Below are positions 13,335-26,081 of a DNA stretch of 64,000 nt, piece by piece (within the stretch, counting starts at the first letter, position 1; the number at the start of each line of letters is the position of its first letter). The notes under the pieces are model-generated. The model had not been told where the DNA came from and searched no databases. It saw only the letters and a list, made by a program, of their open reading frames with translations. This stretch comes from Octopus sinensis (Eukaryota): assembly GCF_006345805.1 (NCBI RefSeq), contig NC_043000.1, positions 71,920,001-71,984,000 on the forward strand, read 5' to 3'. The position numbers and the translations under genes were made by a program.

Positions 13335-15098
13335 GCCGTTTAGAATACACTTCGTAGTGCTCAAGAAATTTAAAGTTGAGCATAAAACTATAACCTGAGC
13401 ATTTCATTCGAAATTGACATTAAGGTGGCCAATTTCTTAGACGTTACTTTCGACTTCAACACAAATCTGTATCACGTTTTCCATAAACCCAACAAATATT
13501 TACAATATATAAATGCTCTCTCTAATTACCCTAAACTTACCTCACAATAGCCTAGTTACAGGCATATCTATCAGAATCTCTAACTTATCTGCTAACGAAG
13601 AAATTTTTAATACTCACATCCCTTATTATAATCAGGCCCTCAAAATAAGCGGCTTCCGCGAAAAAAATCTATATCCCCAATACTAAAATACCACGTCTCT
13701 TTCCCAATACTAATTCCGAATCTACAGACACTACTTTAACTCTACACCAATCCAACAACTCTAAAAAAAAAACATACACATCGCACCCGGCCGCCCCACT
13801 AACGACCCTGAGCCTATAACAATTACAAGCCCCACTCCTGATCAACCCACTTCAACCACACACTTTAAATATTCTAAGACCAGGAAGCGGGAAATCCTAT
13901 GGTTCGCACCATCTTTCTCTCTCCAAGTTAAATCTCCATCTAAATTCTTCTTTAAAATCCTAAAATCTAATTTTCCACTACAGAATAAATACTATCCTAT
14001 CTTTAACAAATCATCCATGAAAACTCCACCACACCTAATTTAGGATCCCTAATCGCCTCATCGAACAAACTCAAATTCCAACACCAGTCCTTGGAACACC
14101 CAAACTCTCACACTGCACCCCAAATTAGCCCACATAGAAGCAATAATACAACCTTTAGTAACTCCACTCAAATAATAACAGACTCAAACCATTATCACAT
14201 AATCCTACCTACGCAACAACGAATACTAGCTGCGATACAACCTCCCAATCCAATTCAAATACAGAATGCACTTCAGGTTCTCCAATGTAGCTCAAACTCA
14301 CTAGTAGTAAACTCCAACCATGGAACAGATCGAAAAACTTGCAATTGTCGGGTTTCTCAACTATGCTCACTTGGAGGATCCTGTCTACGTAAAAATGGAA
14401 TCTACAAGTGCCGTATAATAACACCACGTTCCCACCAAGAAAGGCTATATATCGGTGGCATCATAGATTTCAAGCGCCGCCACCGTGCAAACAAGAACTC
14501 TTTCTACAATCCAAATTCTAAATTATCAACCTCCTTAGCAACGTATATACACAACCTTAAAACCTCAAAATATTCCATACACCCTATCTTGGTCCATAGT
14601 AAGCGAAACTCCCCCATACAATGTAAACATCGGCGAGTGTAAGTTATATCTAAAAGAATCATTAACCATTCCTCACCTTCATAATTTCTCATTACTTTAT
14701 AGATTCTCTGATGTTATCTATTTTAGTAAACACAGTTACTACTCATCTTTCACACACTTTGCTAAATATATATAACCTTAAACTAAGACAAAGTTAGCCT
14801 AGCAATCTATTACTTAAAAAAATACTACACCGCTCTTATTCTTTCTCATATACACATTTCTAAATTTTTCCAAATTCTTCAAATCCAATACTTCCCACTT
14901 CCCTCTTAGTCTCCCCTCCCTCAGCACTTTCAAAAAGCACTTAACACTACCCCACCCTTTTGAAAACTAACCAACCTATCTCTACCCCTATTCACACCCC
15001 TCAATTTCATACACCTCTCTTTACCATAGCACCCTCCTCAAATACCAACCCACTACAACTACTATTCTGATACCTTCTCATTCTCCATATATATATAT

Positions 15099-15135
<37 letters not shown>

Positions 15136-15141
15136 TACACA

Positions 15142-15225
<84 letters not shown>

Positions 15226-15226
15226 C

Positions 15227-15302
<76 letters not shown>

Positions 15303-15649
15303 TATATATACTCATAACACATATATACATATAATACACATACACAGCATATGTATAATGCACATACACAATATATACATATAACATATTCAGAAAGATA
15401 TATACGTGTGTAAAATAATTGCTGTATCAAAAATATATAAATATGTATTAAAAACATATGTAAATATGTATAAGTATAAATATATAATGTACCAAAAATT
15501 TTGAGAGGACATTCAACACAATACGCACACGCACATACATACACACACACGCACACACACAGAGTTACTTAAAAGTGGACATAAAACCCATTCAATAAAT
15601 GCTTTTAAGCCACTCCATATACATATATATATATATGTATATATATATG

Positions 15650-15730
<81 letters not shown>

Positions 15731-15754
15731 TATATATATATATATATGTATATA

Positions 15755-15811
<57 letters not shown>

Positions 15812-17772
15812 TGAAATAGAAAGATGAATAATCTTGTTGCAGATTAATCAAAAGTTTAACCGATACCTTGGTAGCAAAAATCACAGCAGAAGAAAGCACG
15901 GTTGGAGGTACAACCATATGGTGTTGCAACCGTGCGTTGGTGCGGATAATTGAATTTTAATATTATTAGTGAATTGAAGAAATGGAGTTGAACGAAGATT
16001 GAACAGAAATCCTTTTATTGCATTCTACACATGTTTCGAAAGCCACAATTTACCAAATTCCGATTGAATAAGGAGACCATATTGTGTCTTTCTCTTCAGG
16101 AAGAAATAGGAATTCCGTTGGCAGAACAAAAACAGAACAGAGGCGCAGCAAAACAAATCGAACGAGGAGCCCATGGCCAAACTGTTTATCAATGTTGAAA
16201 TCGGGTGGTGGGCGCGTTGAAGATATTTACAGGTCAGGCAGCTGCTTATTAAGACCCTATCACCTTTGTCCGGAGGCACAGCTTCGTCCGCTCCCGGTTT
16301 AACGCTCAGTAGGAATAATAATAGTAGTAATAATGATATGAGAGCCAGTACAGTGACTGATAATCTCAGCTCCAACCAGGGATTATATACTAGGCGTATA
16401 GATATAAATAAGGGTGATGTCATTAACGATAATAATGGCAGTAGTGAGGTGAGCGCAACTCGGCTCATTAGGGTAGAGAGTCTCAATAGCAACTCCAGCA
16501 TCGATTCCGGCAATAGCAGGAACACGGACACTAGCAATTACAGCACTCTGAGTGATAGTGAAGAATCAGGGGTTATTCCGTTAGTTAATAGTGACTTAGT
16601 GGAAAATAAAGTAGTAAGCGGCTGCACTTCTCGCAATCAATATAGTAACAGTAACGCAGTTCTAATTTCAGAAACTAATCCTAATAGAATAAGGTTCATG
16701 TCAGGGAACTCTAAGATCAGAAATGCCGTTTACCAATGCAAGGTTTACACGGACTCAGATGTCTACTCATATGTCGGGGTCTCATCGTCAAAATTGGCCT
16801 TACGAATCTCCAACCATTACGCAACTTTTCGCGACGTGAATAAACACCAGGCCACGGGACTTAGCAAGCTAATATGGCGATTGAAGAATACGAGCTCAAG
16901 CTACAGGCTGGAATGGTCAATTTTGTCGGTGGCCCTCCCATTTGTGTCTCTGAGCTTTTCCATATATTGTTCGCCAGAGACCGAATGTAAACGGACTTTT
17001 GCAGTCGGCTTTTCGATGCCCCCATTGGCGGCGTTTTACTTATCTTGCTTATAAATGACGCTTACAAATGATACCTGCACCCGGTTACCCTACTTATATG
17101 AAAATAGCCCTAGGAAATAATTTTTTGAAAAAGCTTTTTAAGATAGATTTGATTAACCATTGCAAGGGGAATTACTCCCATTAGGCGAATGGTGTTTTGT
17201 TTTGACAACGTGAGGTTTTTTTTGACAAAGCATGATTAGACGAACACACGAACACATAAAATTATTTTCTGCCGCCTGACAGATTTTTCAGCAGTGACCA
17301 TTGTGCAGTGCTTTTTACCAACTTACGGCCGCGCACATATAGAACAGTTCACACACACATGTTTCTAAGTAGATTTTGCCTCGCCCCACATAATACACCT
17401 AATATTCTTAAAATAGTCAGAACTTTAGTCTCGATCACAAAGAACATCTACGCACCCCATGCTCTCACCCACCGGATTGACCGCTGCCTGACCTGTAAAT
17501 ATCTTCAACGCGCCCACCACCCGATTTCAACATTGATAAACAGTTTGGCCATGGGCTCTTAGGAGCCTCCTCGTTCGATTTGTTTTTCTGCGCCTCTGTT
17601 CTGTTTTTGTTCTGCCAACGGAATTCCTATTTCTTCCTGAAGAGAAAGACACAATATGGTCTCCTTATTCAATCGGAATTTGGTAAATTGTGGCTTTCGA
17701 AACAGGTGTAGAATGCAATAAAAGGATTTCTGTTCAATCTTCGTTCAACTCCATTTCTTCAATTCACTAATA

Positions 17773-17805
<33 letters not shown>

Positions 17806-18172
17806 ATATATATATAATATATATATGTATATTGTATGTGTGTTGTATATATATATGTATACATGTATATACATTATATCTATATATATGTATACATTGT
17901 GTATGTGTATGTTGTGTGTATATATGTTATATGTATGTGTATATATATATTATATATATATATATACACATTGTATGCATGTATATTGTGTGTATATGTG
18001 GTATGTGTATGTATGTGTATGCATACATTGTGTATATGTATATATGTGTTATGAGTATATTATATGTATATGTGTGTTGTGTGTGTGTGTGTGGTGTGTG
18101 TGTGTGTGGTGTGTGTGTGTGATGTGTGTGTGATGTGTGTGTGTGGTATGTATATGTATGATGTGTATTATA

Positions 18173-18256
<84 letters not shown>

Positions 18257-19626
18257 TGTATGTATGGCCCGCACACACGCGTAGACACATGTATGCATGT
18301 ATATACACACACAGAGACGCGTGCACCCGCACCGTGTGTACGCACACACACAAGCGCATACTCAATACCAACACACGCAAGACACATATACACGCATGCC
18401 ACACGGATACATCCAACAGACATGGACACACATGCGAACAAGCACATACACACTAACGCACGCGCAACACACTAATAGACATTAACCACACACATACACA
18501 CACACACACAAACGGGCACACATATACACACACCATCCTACCCCAAAAAATTCTTTAAACAACACACATCTATTTACACCACCCTGGAACCAATCAAAAA
18601 CAGCCCCCACACACGCACAAACACATGTATACATGTATATGCACACACACAAGGACACACACACTCACACCAATCTCACCTCCATACAGACACACATATA
18701 CACCCGCAGCACCATGCCATATGCCATCCACACACATACATACATACACACACAACACCAAGACAACCACACACGCGGTTGACAAACGGACACACCATCC
18801 TACCAGATCTTACAGACACGCAGACACATCTATTCACACCCCATATGTATGTATGCACGCACACACACACACACAAAGACACACACACGCACAAAGACAC
18901 ACACACACACAAAGACACACACACACACACACAAAGACACACACACTCACCCCATCCTGAGCCAAAATCATTGATGCTTGAAGGAGAGACAAAAAAGAAA
19001 AAAAAAGGGTACATTCTTTTCAGTTCCACATTTCTCCTCCTTAAACGGACAGGTCAGTTTTAGCTTCACCACTATTATAAAGTAAATCTTTTTGAACTCA
19101 TAATATTCTGTACGTGTATACTGAACTTTTTTAATAATTCCTCCTGGAAATTATCTTGAGATGTATAATATATTTGTTGTAATCTTTTGTGCCCATTATT
19201 TCAAAGAGCTTGTTAAACTTTCTTATATTCTCAACATACTCTTGTCACCAAAGAATGTATATTTATATGGATTATAGTACTCTGAGTCAACCAATATTCT
19301 GTGCATGTTTGAATATACAGATACAATACCAATACCAATATCAATTCCTTCTGGAAACTATCTTAAGTATGTCCTTGAGAACGATTATTTATGTAGTAAT
19401 CTTTTGTGCCCAATATTTTAAGGAACTTGTTGAACTTTTTATGTCCTTAACATGTCCCTGTTACCAAAGACTGTATATATGTAATGTAGTAATTTGCAAC
19501 AACCAATAATTAACGCAACCAAACTTCTACATGTTACTTTTAACAATCTTTTTCCAAAGAGTGAAACCGGTAAAGTAAATAAAAATCTTTTAAATTGCAT
19601 TTTCAAACCTTTCGTATATATATATC

Positions 19627-19674
<48 letters not shown>

Positions 19675-19689
19675 CTATATATATATATA

Positions 19690-19724
<35 letters not shown>

Positions 19725-20084
19725 TAGTGAGTAGACAAACGAGAAAAGGGCACAACACATTTATTGGGAGTTACATGTATGGATCAAAACAGTTTGATTG
19801 AAACTCTTGGTACTGCGAGTTTGAAGCGTGTCACTAGTCTCGGCCATTGGAATCTGAATGAGAGTTTGATTGAAGAGAATCAATGTTTATAACTGGACAT
19901 ATGCCAGCGATTGGTCAAGAAAGGTCACGCGGTATTGCAGCTTGATGTTGGTATTTCTAGTGACAACAATTATTAGGAAAATACTGCACGGTGAACAGGA
20001 AATCGACCGCGTGAGGGATAGGAAATCGGTCTCGTGGTTTGTGGGGGTAGTAAGAAGGCACGTTATACGTGGAAGTAAATTCGT

Positions 20085-20117
<33 letters not shown>

Positions 20118-20876
20118 TATACATATACATACATGTATATGTCTATATAGCTGTATGTATGCATCCATACTTACACGAGTGTGTATGTGTGCGTAGATGT
20201 AGATTCACACATCCACGTGCGCGCTCGCACACAGACAGACAGACACACGAAAGCACACACGGACACACACGCATGCACACATATACACATACGCGCACAC
20301 ACGTGTGCGCGTGCGTGTATGTGTATGTGCGCGCGCGTGTGTTTTGCGTGCGCATGCGTGTGTGTATGTGTATTATGGCCTTAGGACACACCAGTCCTAT
20401 CAACAAGTTTGTCAATTGTTCGGTGACGGTGTTCCAAGATCACTTCAAGAATTTTCATGATGTTTTCATTCGTTCGGGAAGTCGACGATCGTCCTGAACG
20501 AGGCTGGTCTTCAAGCGAAAAGTGACTACTCCTAAAGCGTAGAAACCACTTGTAAACTTGTGTTTTGCTCTTATCAGCGTCCTGGTAAGGTGTCTGAAGC
20601 ATAACAGCTATTTCAGCCGCCGTTTTTCCTAGCAGAAAACAGAATTTCACGGAGGCACGCTGTTTCTTTGTTTCACCCATCGCAAAAATCGACGAACAGG
20701 GGAGAAGCACCGCAGAACAAAGTTATTAGGTGATCTACAACTCCAGTAGTAGTCTAAAGTAGCTACGAAGAGTGGAACCTCAAGTACAGTATAAAAAATA
20801 ATGGCAGACGAATGAAATCCTTAATACATCTATATAAATCTATACATCCATCCATCCAAACATCCATACATCCATG

Positions 20877-20913
<37 letters not shown>

Positions 20914-22641
20914 ATATATGTATTCGTATATGCACATGTATGTAGGCAAATGGATATGAATGTAAACAGGTAGACATACAGACGGATAGGTACATACGTA
21001 AAATGAACAGACAAGCACACACACACGCAAATGAAGACTGAAACACATGACCATATACACACACACAAAAACATACAAGCATGAATATGCAGAATACAAA
21101 CATACATACATACAAATATACATACACATACATACATGCATACACACACTTGCATGCATACATACATGTGTATGTGTACACACCCTGATCCACAAACAAA
21201 AAGAACGCAGCTCGGATAACGGACAGAGTTAACGACTATTGAAAAGATTGCAAGACGCAACGAAAATTTTAGAAAAATAAATAAGTAAATGTGTGGAAAC
21301 TTTACCGGTGAGTGTCTTAAATAATAAGGCACTAAAAGAGAATAACTCTCCCCAGACACAACAAAATATGCTTCAACACACGAACTCACATAAAGAATCT
21401 TATAAACCAAACCCCCCAGTAACAAAATGGCTTTTCCGTTTTCGTTTCTGTTGATTTTTACGTCTTCTTGTGGTGTCCTGTACGTATATATATTTATATA
21501 TGCATGTATATATACATGCAGATGTCGGTACGTACATATATGTTTGTATGTATGCATATATTTTAGTTATTACACTATTGTCTGACAGCTCTTCGCGTCG
21601 GGTTCGTTTGAATTTTCGATTTTTCGAATTCTCACTTCGTTCCGTCTCTTTCCTCCCAGTTTATTTTTACAGTTTACTACAATGACGCGAATTTCTCTCC
21701 ATTTGCTTTGCCTTCCCCTCCCTCTCTCTCTTTCTCTCTCTGCCTCACCCTTCTCTCTAGCCGCTTATCTTCCTCTATCTGTCTCTCTCTCTCTCTCCCA
21801 CTCCTCCTCACTTTCGTCACTGCTAATCCTTTCGCCTGTTGCATTCAGGCCCTAAGGTCATGTTTCCCAGCGCTCGCCAGTTACCTTCTCGTCCCCGCCA
21901 GAATAAAGGCCTTCGTTCGTCTTTTTCGTTTGTTCTCTTGTTTATTTTGATTTCTCGTATTGTAATTTAATTCTCGTTTTGTATTTTCTTGTACATGTAT
22001 CTTTAATTTTGTATTTTTTTCTTGTATGTATTTTTTTGTGCAGTTCTTTGTTACGTCCCTTTTTGTGTTACATTTTTTTCTTGCTCGTTTTACCCCTCTA
22101 CGAGGTTATTTTATTTTAATTCTCTCGTAGGAAGGCCTAGCATGTCCAGACGTGTCCTGTCTTGCCTTCGAAACACGCTATGTCTGCTAGCGACAGCTGA
22201 TGAAGGGGATTTTTCCTTTTCTGCTGTACATTGTTTTTCCCGTTTTCGTTTCGTCTTGTTCCACGTCTCTGTCCTTCTGTTGTAACAAAATGGCTTTTCC
22301 ATTTTCGTTTCTGTTGATTTTTACGTCTTCTTGTGGTGTCCTGTACGTATATATATTTATATATGCATGTATATATACATGTAGATGTCGGTACGTACAT
22401 ATATGTTTGTATGTATGCATATATTTTATTTATTACACTATATATATATATATATATAAATTAAATTAGAGATAAAAATCACTATTAGGCAAATCAAACA
22501 GTGAAAAACATAAACCAAAACATAAAAATAAAAATAAAAATAAATATATATATATACATACATATATATATACACATACATACATACACATACATACATA
22601 CATACAACATACATACATACATACATACATACATACATACA

Positions 22642-22677
<36 letters not shown>

Positions 22678-22726
22678 TAATACATACATATACATACATA
22701 AATACATATATATATATATACATACA

Positions 22727-22780
<54 letters not shown>

Positions 22781-23606
22781 TATATAATTGAAAAAATTGG
22801 AGTCAACAAGGAGTACGGTTGGACATTCATTTTTTTATATATGTAAATATTGTCTCAGTAAATTAAAATTCTCGGCTTCAAGAAATTCCTCTCTGTCTGT
22901 CCTGGCCTGAAGAAACATAACTAGATCTCATAATGTAGGGAAACAGTTGCATAATCAAGTACCTGCACGCCTGGAGAACTACATTGCGTGAAAGCAATTG
23001 TAGTTATTAAAAAATGAATGACCAACCTCACTCTTCTTGTTGACTTCATGTTTTTTCAGTTATCTATTCACACACGACAGATGCTCAAACGCAAACCTAG
23101 AATTACGTATAATATTAGTATTGGATAGCACAAAATAAGTCTGAAGGTAGACGAGCTTTATACTGTACTCTACTACGTTCTTAACAAAGATACCATTCTG
23201 CAATGAGGTTATCATGGCAGAAGCTTATACTTTTGCCCGCATTTTTAATGAAGGTTTTAATCGTCGGTGTAACCAAACTTAAAACTTCCATATTCACGCC
23301 AGAATGCCACAAATTTAGATCACCTCAACACTTGCAATATTATATCCAACGTGATGCTTTTCTTTGGCACTTTAAATAAACTTTCATCACTTGGTGTTGA
23401 AGGCCTTTTTCATTCATGATAGATAAAGAATCTATTTTATCTTTTTATCTTTTTACATTTCTGAAAATATTTTGCACAACACATTTTGTTCATTTAAACA
23501 ACATTCCCTACGGAACGAAATAATCGGAGACCAGAAGTAGCAAGAGAAAGAATGAAGCAATACAGGCTTGAGAGGAGAAATACAAAAACAGACATACAGA
23601 GAGAGA

Positions 23607-23704
<98 letters not shown>

Positions 23705-24277
23705 TGATGAAATCACATAAACAATCAAAGGTTATCAGGAAGAATTTCGAGAAAGGAACCGAGTATAAAAAGAAAAAAACATGGACGAACAACAGTTGGT
23801 TAATTTGGGAAATGTCTCTGCAAGAGTTAGAGAACATTTGATACTCTTATGATGTGACGTAAGAACCAAGACACTTTTTATCTTTTCAATAAACTTAATA
23901 CGTTATCAAGCTCATTGTGATAACATTCATATAAAACAATTTCAAATTCAAATTAAAAATAATAAAAAGTAAAAAAAATTAAAATATTTATATAAATATA
24001 GAAGGTGGAATTTTCGAAGTTCATGCTATTTATTCTAATAATGTAAGGTTATTTCATGGTATATCCTATTTTCAAGAAAAACAATGGATGAATAACTAAA
24101 TGAGGTAGAATTTAAATATGGAAAGGGGAAAGACATAAATATATACAATGAGTCACACAAATGAAAGTGCTCATGTCTAGACGCACTTGTACATAAACAC
24201 AAAGTCAATACACGTATCTACACATGCATAAACATACACATATGCACATACGCATGCATACATATGCTCATATTTAG

Positions 24278-24309
<32 letters not shown>

Positions 24310-25566
24310 GCTTGCACATAAGTGTACATCCACTCTGAGAATGTATTTGTAAGCATAAGAGAAGATAATTTTATTTTTTTTGTTTTATTTCTGTTCATAT
24401 AATCTTATACTTATATTGATACATGTATATGTATATGTATGTATATCTACGTGACCTTGTAATTGTTTTTATTATTTATTTGAAAAATAACCCAGAAACT
24501 TTAACTGGTTTATATAAATGTGTTCCTCCCAATTTGAAGCTTTTATCCCTTGATATTCTTCCGATTAATAAAAATATATATTACACTCATGTCTTGAGTT
24601 TTATTTTCCTGTTTGTGCCACCAATCCCATACGCGCGAGTATGTATAAAATATACATATGTATGTATATATACTTGAATATCGAAGGTAGAGTAATGTGT
24701 TTTATTAAAGCCGAAAAATCTTCACAAGCTGTTACTTTGATCACAACTGTCGGACGAAGTCTAAGGTGAAACTCTGAGTAACAGTTTGTGAAGATATTTT
24801 CGGCTTTAATAAGAGTATATATATATATACATACTTGTACACCACTCCGCTCTCACTACCTAGGTCCACTACAAACACACCGACTCACACTCCTACCTTA
24901 ACTTCTCCTCCTCCAACCCTACTCACACCAAGCTCTCCATCCCCATACTCTCAATTCCTTCGTTTGCGCAGGTTCTGCAGTGACAACCATGACTTTCATA
25001 CTCAGTCTCAACTCAAGGCTCGCCACTTCATCCTTCGTTGATAACCCCTCACCACAATGCACACAGCCTTTGCCAGGACGCGTTCCATGGATCGTGCCTC
25101 TGCTCTCTTTCTCCGCCCCGCCGTTGCCTGTCTCCCGTTTCCCCTCACCTTCCAACCTTCCATCCTGCCCCCAACGCACCAGTCCGACATCTCCATCTCA
25201 CACATCTCCCTCAGCCTGCCTCTTCTCTCCGTCTAACAACCCCCCAATCTGTGTGACCGCCTGGTCTGCAGTTTCTTCCCTAACTCCACCTTCCAACCTG
25301 GCTCGGTCCCCTGCTCCCTACCACTCTGCCGCACTTACTCCTACCTCTTCAACACCACCATCCTCACAGGTACCCATCATCATCCCTATCATATCACTGA
25401 CTCCTTTATCTGCACTACTAGCAACGTCATTTACTGCACTTCCTACTCTGGATGCGCATTTATATGTGTGTGTATATACGAGTATATCTGTGCATGTGAG
25501 TGTGTGCATATATGTAAATATGGGTGTGTGTATACATATGTATATGTGTACAAATGGATAGATATG

Positions 25567-25635
<69 letters not shown>

Positions 25636-26031
25636 TGTGTGTGTGTGTGTGTCCATTTGTATATACCTATATGTATGTGTATGCATATATATATATATAT
25701 ATATATTAATAGTTATTGCCAAACTAATATGGCAGTCCAAACTAATATGGCGTAGTCAAACTACGCTGCATTGATAAAGGGCAACAACCCTGAAACATGT
25801 CTGCAGATGTCTGACCAGTAAGGTGAAGCGGCACCCTCCCCTGTTCGAAGGTTGTAATGGACGCAGGTTCGTGTGTCATATAGCTAGCTAGAGGTGATGG
25901 CCTCTTGGAGCTAATCAGCAACAGCTTAAGTCTTAAATTTATGGACTGCCATATTAGTTTGGCGATAACTATTAATATCCAGTAACGATGCCGTAATCTC
26001 CTTTAGAGATACTTAGTAATTTTAATATTTC

Positions 26032-26081
<50 letters not shown>

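Larger units (their letters stand above)
15960..17776 (+). mobile_element. Fold-back Penelope-like unit: inverted arms 15960-16242 and 17483-17776 enclosing a GIY-YIG ORF with no RT
   Basis: Arms differ by 2 substitutions and one 11-nt indel. Each arm has a hammerhead motif. Right end abuts (AT)n. Confidence 0.85.

Noticed and set aside
16025-16537. 170-aa minus-strand ORF and other antisense ORFs over TE coding regions
   Set aside because: Shadow frames of low-complexity or TE coding sequence.
22913-22960. CTGAAGA...GAAACAGTTGCA hammerhead-like string
   Set aside because: Stem II is misregistered, there is no NUH site and no stem I.
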